NCBI GenBank assembly: GCA_963663865.1
Contig: OY760686.1
Coordinates: forward strand, 2,368,001 to 2,432,000
Source: Spirochaetota bacterium
GTDB taxonomy: Bacteria; Spirochaetota; UBA4802; UBA5550
DNA length: 64,000 nucleotides
Reading direction: 5' to 3'
The translations under genes were made by a program, and so were the position numbers. The notes below the pieces were generated by a model that did not search any database, was not told where the DNA came from, and saw only the letters and a program-made list of their open reading frames with translations. Shown piece by piece: positions 61,234 through 64,000 of the stretch. The number at the start of each line of letters is the position of its first letter. Position 1 is the first letter of the stretch.

Positions 61234-62439
61234 TTAGAATTTCACCATTGCGTTCAAGCGTACCCTTGTAATGTATTTATCCTTGTCCTCTGCGCCAGGG
61301 ACAAACTTGTTGTATTTATAGTAATAAGCTGTAATGTTTAAAAAAGTATCAGGAAGCACCACGTAATCCAGTTCAAGTGTGTGCTGCTTGTAATTGCTGG
61401 ATATCTCCGTATTGTTGTTTGAAAAGGCGGCAAACACCGCATCGGCATCTGTCTGAGAGTAGCCGTAATGCACACGGAAATCGTTTACTTCCTTCATTCT
61501 GCCGACAAACAGGTCTATCGCGAATCCGGTGTCTTCTTCAGTTTTTTCAACACCGAGAATGTCTGCATACTCATCCGCTCCAAGGTTTAGTACATAATTG
61601 CCGGTCAGCTTGATCGGAAGTCTGCTCCCCAGACCCAAATATTCCACCGACATGTACCCTTCAACCAGGTCGTAATCCGAAACATAGCGGTCATCGTCTC
61701 CATCTCCATCCGTATCTGCCGTCCTGTTGGAAAGAGTATCGCCAGATCCAACATCATTTGAAAATGGATCCGTGGTAATTCCGTAATCATAATATGAACC
61801 GGCAAGAGTAAAGACCAGAGTTTCCGGAATCTTATAGCTCAGTGAAATCTGACCCCCGTTCATGCTGCTGTCAGTATCTTTTGAATCTTCCTCTATGATG
61901 AAATGTATCCCGGAAATTGAAGCGTTCAGTCCTCCCATATCAGGCGTTTTGTACATCGCTGCGGCACCCTGCGGATTAACATCTCCGTCCCATACAAGGT
62001 CAGTTTTGATAAAAAGATTGTTGAACTTTCCTCCGTACAGGGACAGACCCATCAGATTAAAATTGATATAAGCAAGATCGGCGCTGATTTCCAGATCGTT
62101 GTTGAATGACCCCAGAGTGACATCAGTTGAATTAGGATCATCAGCCGAACCGGTAACAACCCGCGCGCCGGTTTTGATCATATCGTTAACGGAGTATTCA
62201 AAGCCGGTCCTGAGACGCAATGCCCCGCGCCTTCTATTCGGCTGTTCGGTCTGATCCGGCGTATTGGCATACTGGCTGTCGTTCAGTTCATAACGGACCC
62301 GAACATCACCGGAAAAATCGAGGCCTGCCTTTTCTCCTTTTGCCAGCCCGGCTTTTGCCGCGCTCTGCTGTGCAGACAAAGAAAAAGGCAAAAAGATCAA
62401 AAGCAGCAAAGTCAGAAAAGCTAATCTTAAAGTCTTCAT
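61234..62439 (-). CDS. Putative outer-membrane porin
   Basis: Signal peptide; FSGDVRVRYE, R.R..LRLR, DPNST..TL, DLVWDGDVNPQG; C-terminal Phe. Confidence 0.75.
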   Translation of the reverse strand: MKTLRLAFLTLLLLIFLPFSLSAQQSAAKAGLAKGEKAGLDFSGDVRVRYELNDSQYANTPDQTEQPNRRRGALRLRTGFEYSVNDMIKTGARVVTGSADDPNSTDVTLGSFNNDLEISADLAYINFNLMGLSLYGGKFNNLFIKTDLVWDGDVNPQGAAAMYKTPDMGGLNASISGIHFIIEEDSKDTDSSMNGGQISLSYKIPETLVFTLAGSYYDYGITTDPFSNDVGSGDTLSNRTADTDGDGDDDRYVSDYDLVEGYMSVEYLGLGSRLPIKLTGNYVLNLGADEYADILGVEKTEEDTGFAIDLFVGRMKEVNDFRVHYGYSQTDADAVFAAFSNNNTEISSNYKQHTLELDYVVLPDTFLNITAYYYKYNKFVPGAEDKDKYITRVRLNAMVKF

Positions 62440-62866
62440 AAAAAACCTCCATGTATTTATTAAATCATTACAAGGAATTTAATAGAATCATGTCTGGATG
62501 CTCATATATGAATGAAATGAACGGTACCAGGAATCGGAAACAGGTATATTCTAACCCGGAAGAACGAAAAAGTCAACATTCCGAAAATAAAAAACGACTA
62601 TTATTGCATTTTGAGAATAAACTTCCCATGTAACAATAAATTATTTTTTTTCATCCTCTTCCACCACATCCTGCTCCGGCTGCATCATTAAAGAGTGTTT
62701 TCTGTTCAGTGAGCAATATTAAATGTAGACTGAATACCAAAGTGTAAAGAATATGAGATGCTTTTTGCTATGAAATAACTATAATGAGAAAAAATACGTT
62801 GACATGTCCTTGCAAAAGTACGAGAGTGGATTCATATAATTTAAATTGGAGATTCGGCATAAGACC

Positions 62867-62962
62867 ATGTTAACTGCTTTGACACTCAACACCCTGATTC
62901 TCACAGTCGTCACACTTGTGGTGGTGGTCGTCAACGCACATACATACAGGCCTGTGCCATAA
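62867..62962 (+). CDS. ilv operon leader (attenuator) peptide, 31 aa: MLTALTLNTLILTVVTLVVVVVNAHTYRPVP
   Basis: 6 Leu, 8 Val, 1 Ile and 6 Thr codons directly upstream of a terminator and ilvB; below the ORF-track size cut-off. Confidence 0.85.
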   Translation: MLTALTLNTLILTVVTLVVVVVNAHTYRPVP

Positions 62963-62985
62963 GGGTTTTCAAAAATGAACATAAC

Positions 62986-63022
62986 AAAGCCCCTGACGGC
63001 AAGGCCGTCAGGGGCTTTTTTT
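62986..63022 (+). terminator. Attenuator terminator of the ilvB leader
   Basis: aaagcccctgacggc-aag-gccgtcaggggc followed by T7; gggtttt at 62963-62969 can pair with its 5' arm. Confidence 0.88.
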
Positions 63023-63094
63023 ATGCATAAAAAAGGCACCCGCCGGGTTCAGCAATATCAGCCCGGAAAATGCCCGAAACAATCGGAGGAAATA

Positions 63095-64000
63095 ATGAAA
63101 TACACCGGAGCGGAAATCATTGTCAAATCACTCGAAAGTCTTGAAATTAAAACAGTTGCCGGAATACCTGGAGGCTCAAACCTCCCGCTCTATGACGCCC
63201 TTTACAAAAGCAGCATCAGGCATATTCTGGCTCGTCACGAGCAGGGAGCGGGATTCATAGCACAGGGCATGGCACGGACGAGCGGACGCGCAGCAGTATG
63301 CTTCGCGACATCAGGACCAGGTGCGACCAATCTGCTTACAGCGGTTGCCGACGCGAGGCTGGATTCAGTTCCGCTTGTTGCTATTACAGGCCAGGTACCG
63401 CTCGCCATGCTGGGAACCGACGCCTTTCAGGAGGTAGACACACACGGCCTCTGCATTCCAATAACAAAGCACACCTTTCTTGTAGAGAGCGCAGAAGAGC
63501 TTGCCCGGGTCATTCCTGAAGCTTTCCGAATCGCCGAGAGAGGAAGGCCTGGTCCCGTAGTAATTGACGTCCCAAAGGACGTTCAGCTTCAGAAGGCGGA
63601 TGTTGAGATTTGGCCGGAACGTGAGCTTCCCGAAAAACCGGCATCGCCAGACCCTGCAACCCTATCCAGGATATCAGCGATGATAGACGCGTCAAAGAGG
63701 CCTGTCCTATATATCGGAGGCGGAATAACGTCTTCAGACGCCAACGGATATCTGACAGAACTCGCCGAGAGAAACTCAATTCCGGTAGCTTCAACGCTCA
63801 CAGCGCTTGGATGCATACGGTCCGACCACCCGCTTTCGCTTGGAATGCTTGGCATGCACGGAGAGCGAAGCACAAACCTCATACTTAACGAGGCAGACCT
63901 TCTCATCGCGGTAGGAGTGCGCTTCGATGACAGGGCTACAGGCCGGCTGTCAGGGTTCTGTCCCAACGCAAGCCTTATTCACATAGACATTGACAGAGCC
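63095..64000 (+). CDS. ilvB: Acetolactate synthase large subunit, 5' part (runs off window; missed by the ORF track)
   Basis: GGAGG RBS; MKYTGAEIIV...GIPGGSNLPLYDAL...RHEQGAGF.A...TSGPGATN...TGQV...DAFQEVD. Confidence 0.95.
   Translation, partial: MKYTGAEIIVKSLESLEIKTVAGIPGGSNLPLYDALYKSSIRHILARHEQGAGFIAQGMARTSGRAAVCFATSGPGATNLLTAVADARLDSVPLVAITGQVPLAMLGTDAFQEVDTHGLCIPITKHTFLVESAEELARVIPEAFRIAERGRPGPVVIDVPKDVQLQKADVEIWPERELPEKPASPDPATLSRISAMIDASKRPVLYIGGGITSSDANGYLTELAERNSIPVASTLTALGCIRSDHPLSLGMLGMHGERSTNLILNEADLLIAVGVRFDDRATGRLSGFCPNASLIHIDIDRA

Noticed and set aside
62779-63039. 86-aa minus-strand ORF with poly-Thr
   Set aside because: Antisense shadow of the Val-rich leader peptide and attenuator
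1-64000. tRNA, rRNA, transposase, integrase, prophage or defence genes
   Set aside because: No recognisable signatures seen by eye; tRNAscan-SE and cmscan were not run

Overview
Bacterial chromosomal window (genetic code 11), probably from a free-living spirochaete related to Leptospirae. This is an inference from several Leptospira/Treponema-like hypothetical proteins and many lipoproteins. Housekeeping and metabolic genes: ptsP, GH15 + bifunctional otsAB, a U32 protein, hisS, ppc, divergent ilvY-ilvC, hppA, and a 5'-partial ilvB preceded by a Leu/Val/Ile/Thr-rich leader peptide and attenuator. These alternate with AT-rich accessory blocks: two thermolysin-like (M4) protease + repeat-lipoprotein cassettes, a c-di-GMP/hemerythrin cluster, a sensor kinase with a PhnD-like binding protein, a HlyD/ABC-2/TolC exporter without an ATPase, and a GH78/AraC/MCP/NHL/porin block. 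Most notable observations: (1) both M4 paralogs are interrupted by exactly one in-frame stop codon, with the reading frame intact downstream; (2) an exact >=493-bp direct repeat (1-493 = 3230-3722) brackets the first M4 cassette; (3) an ~800-bp intergenic array of REP-like and covarying hairpins; (4) a plant-type long KARI beside an E. coli-type IlvY. No tRNA, rRNA, CRISPR array or transposase was recognised. All family assignments come from motifs read by eye; no database search was run.
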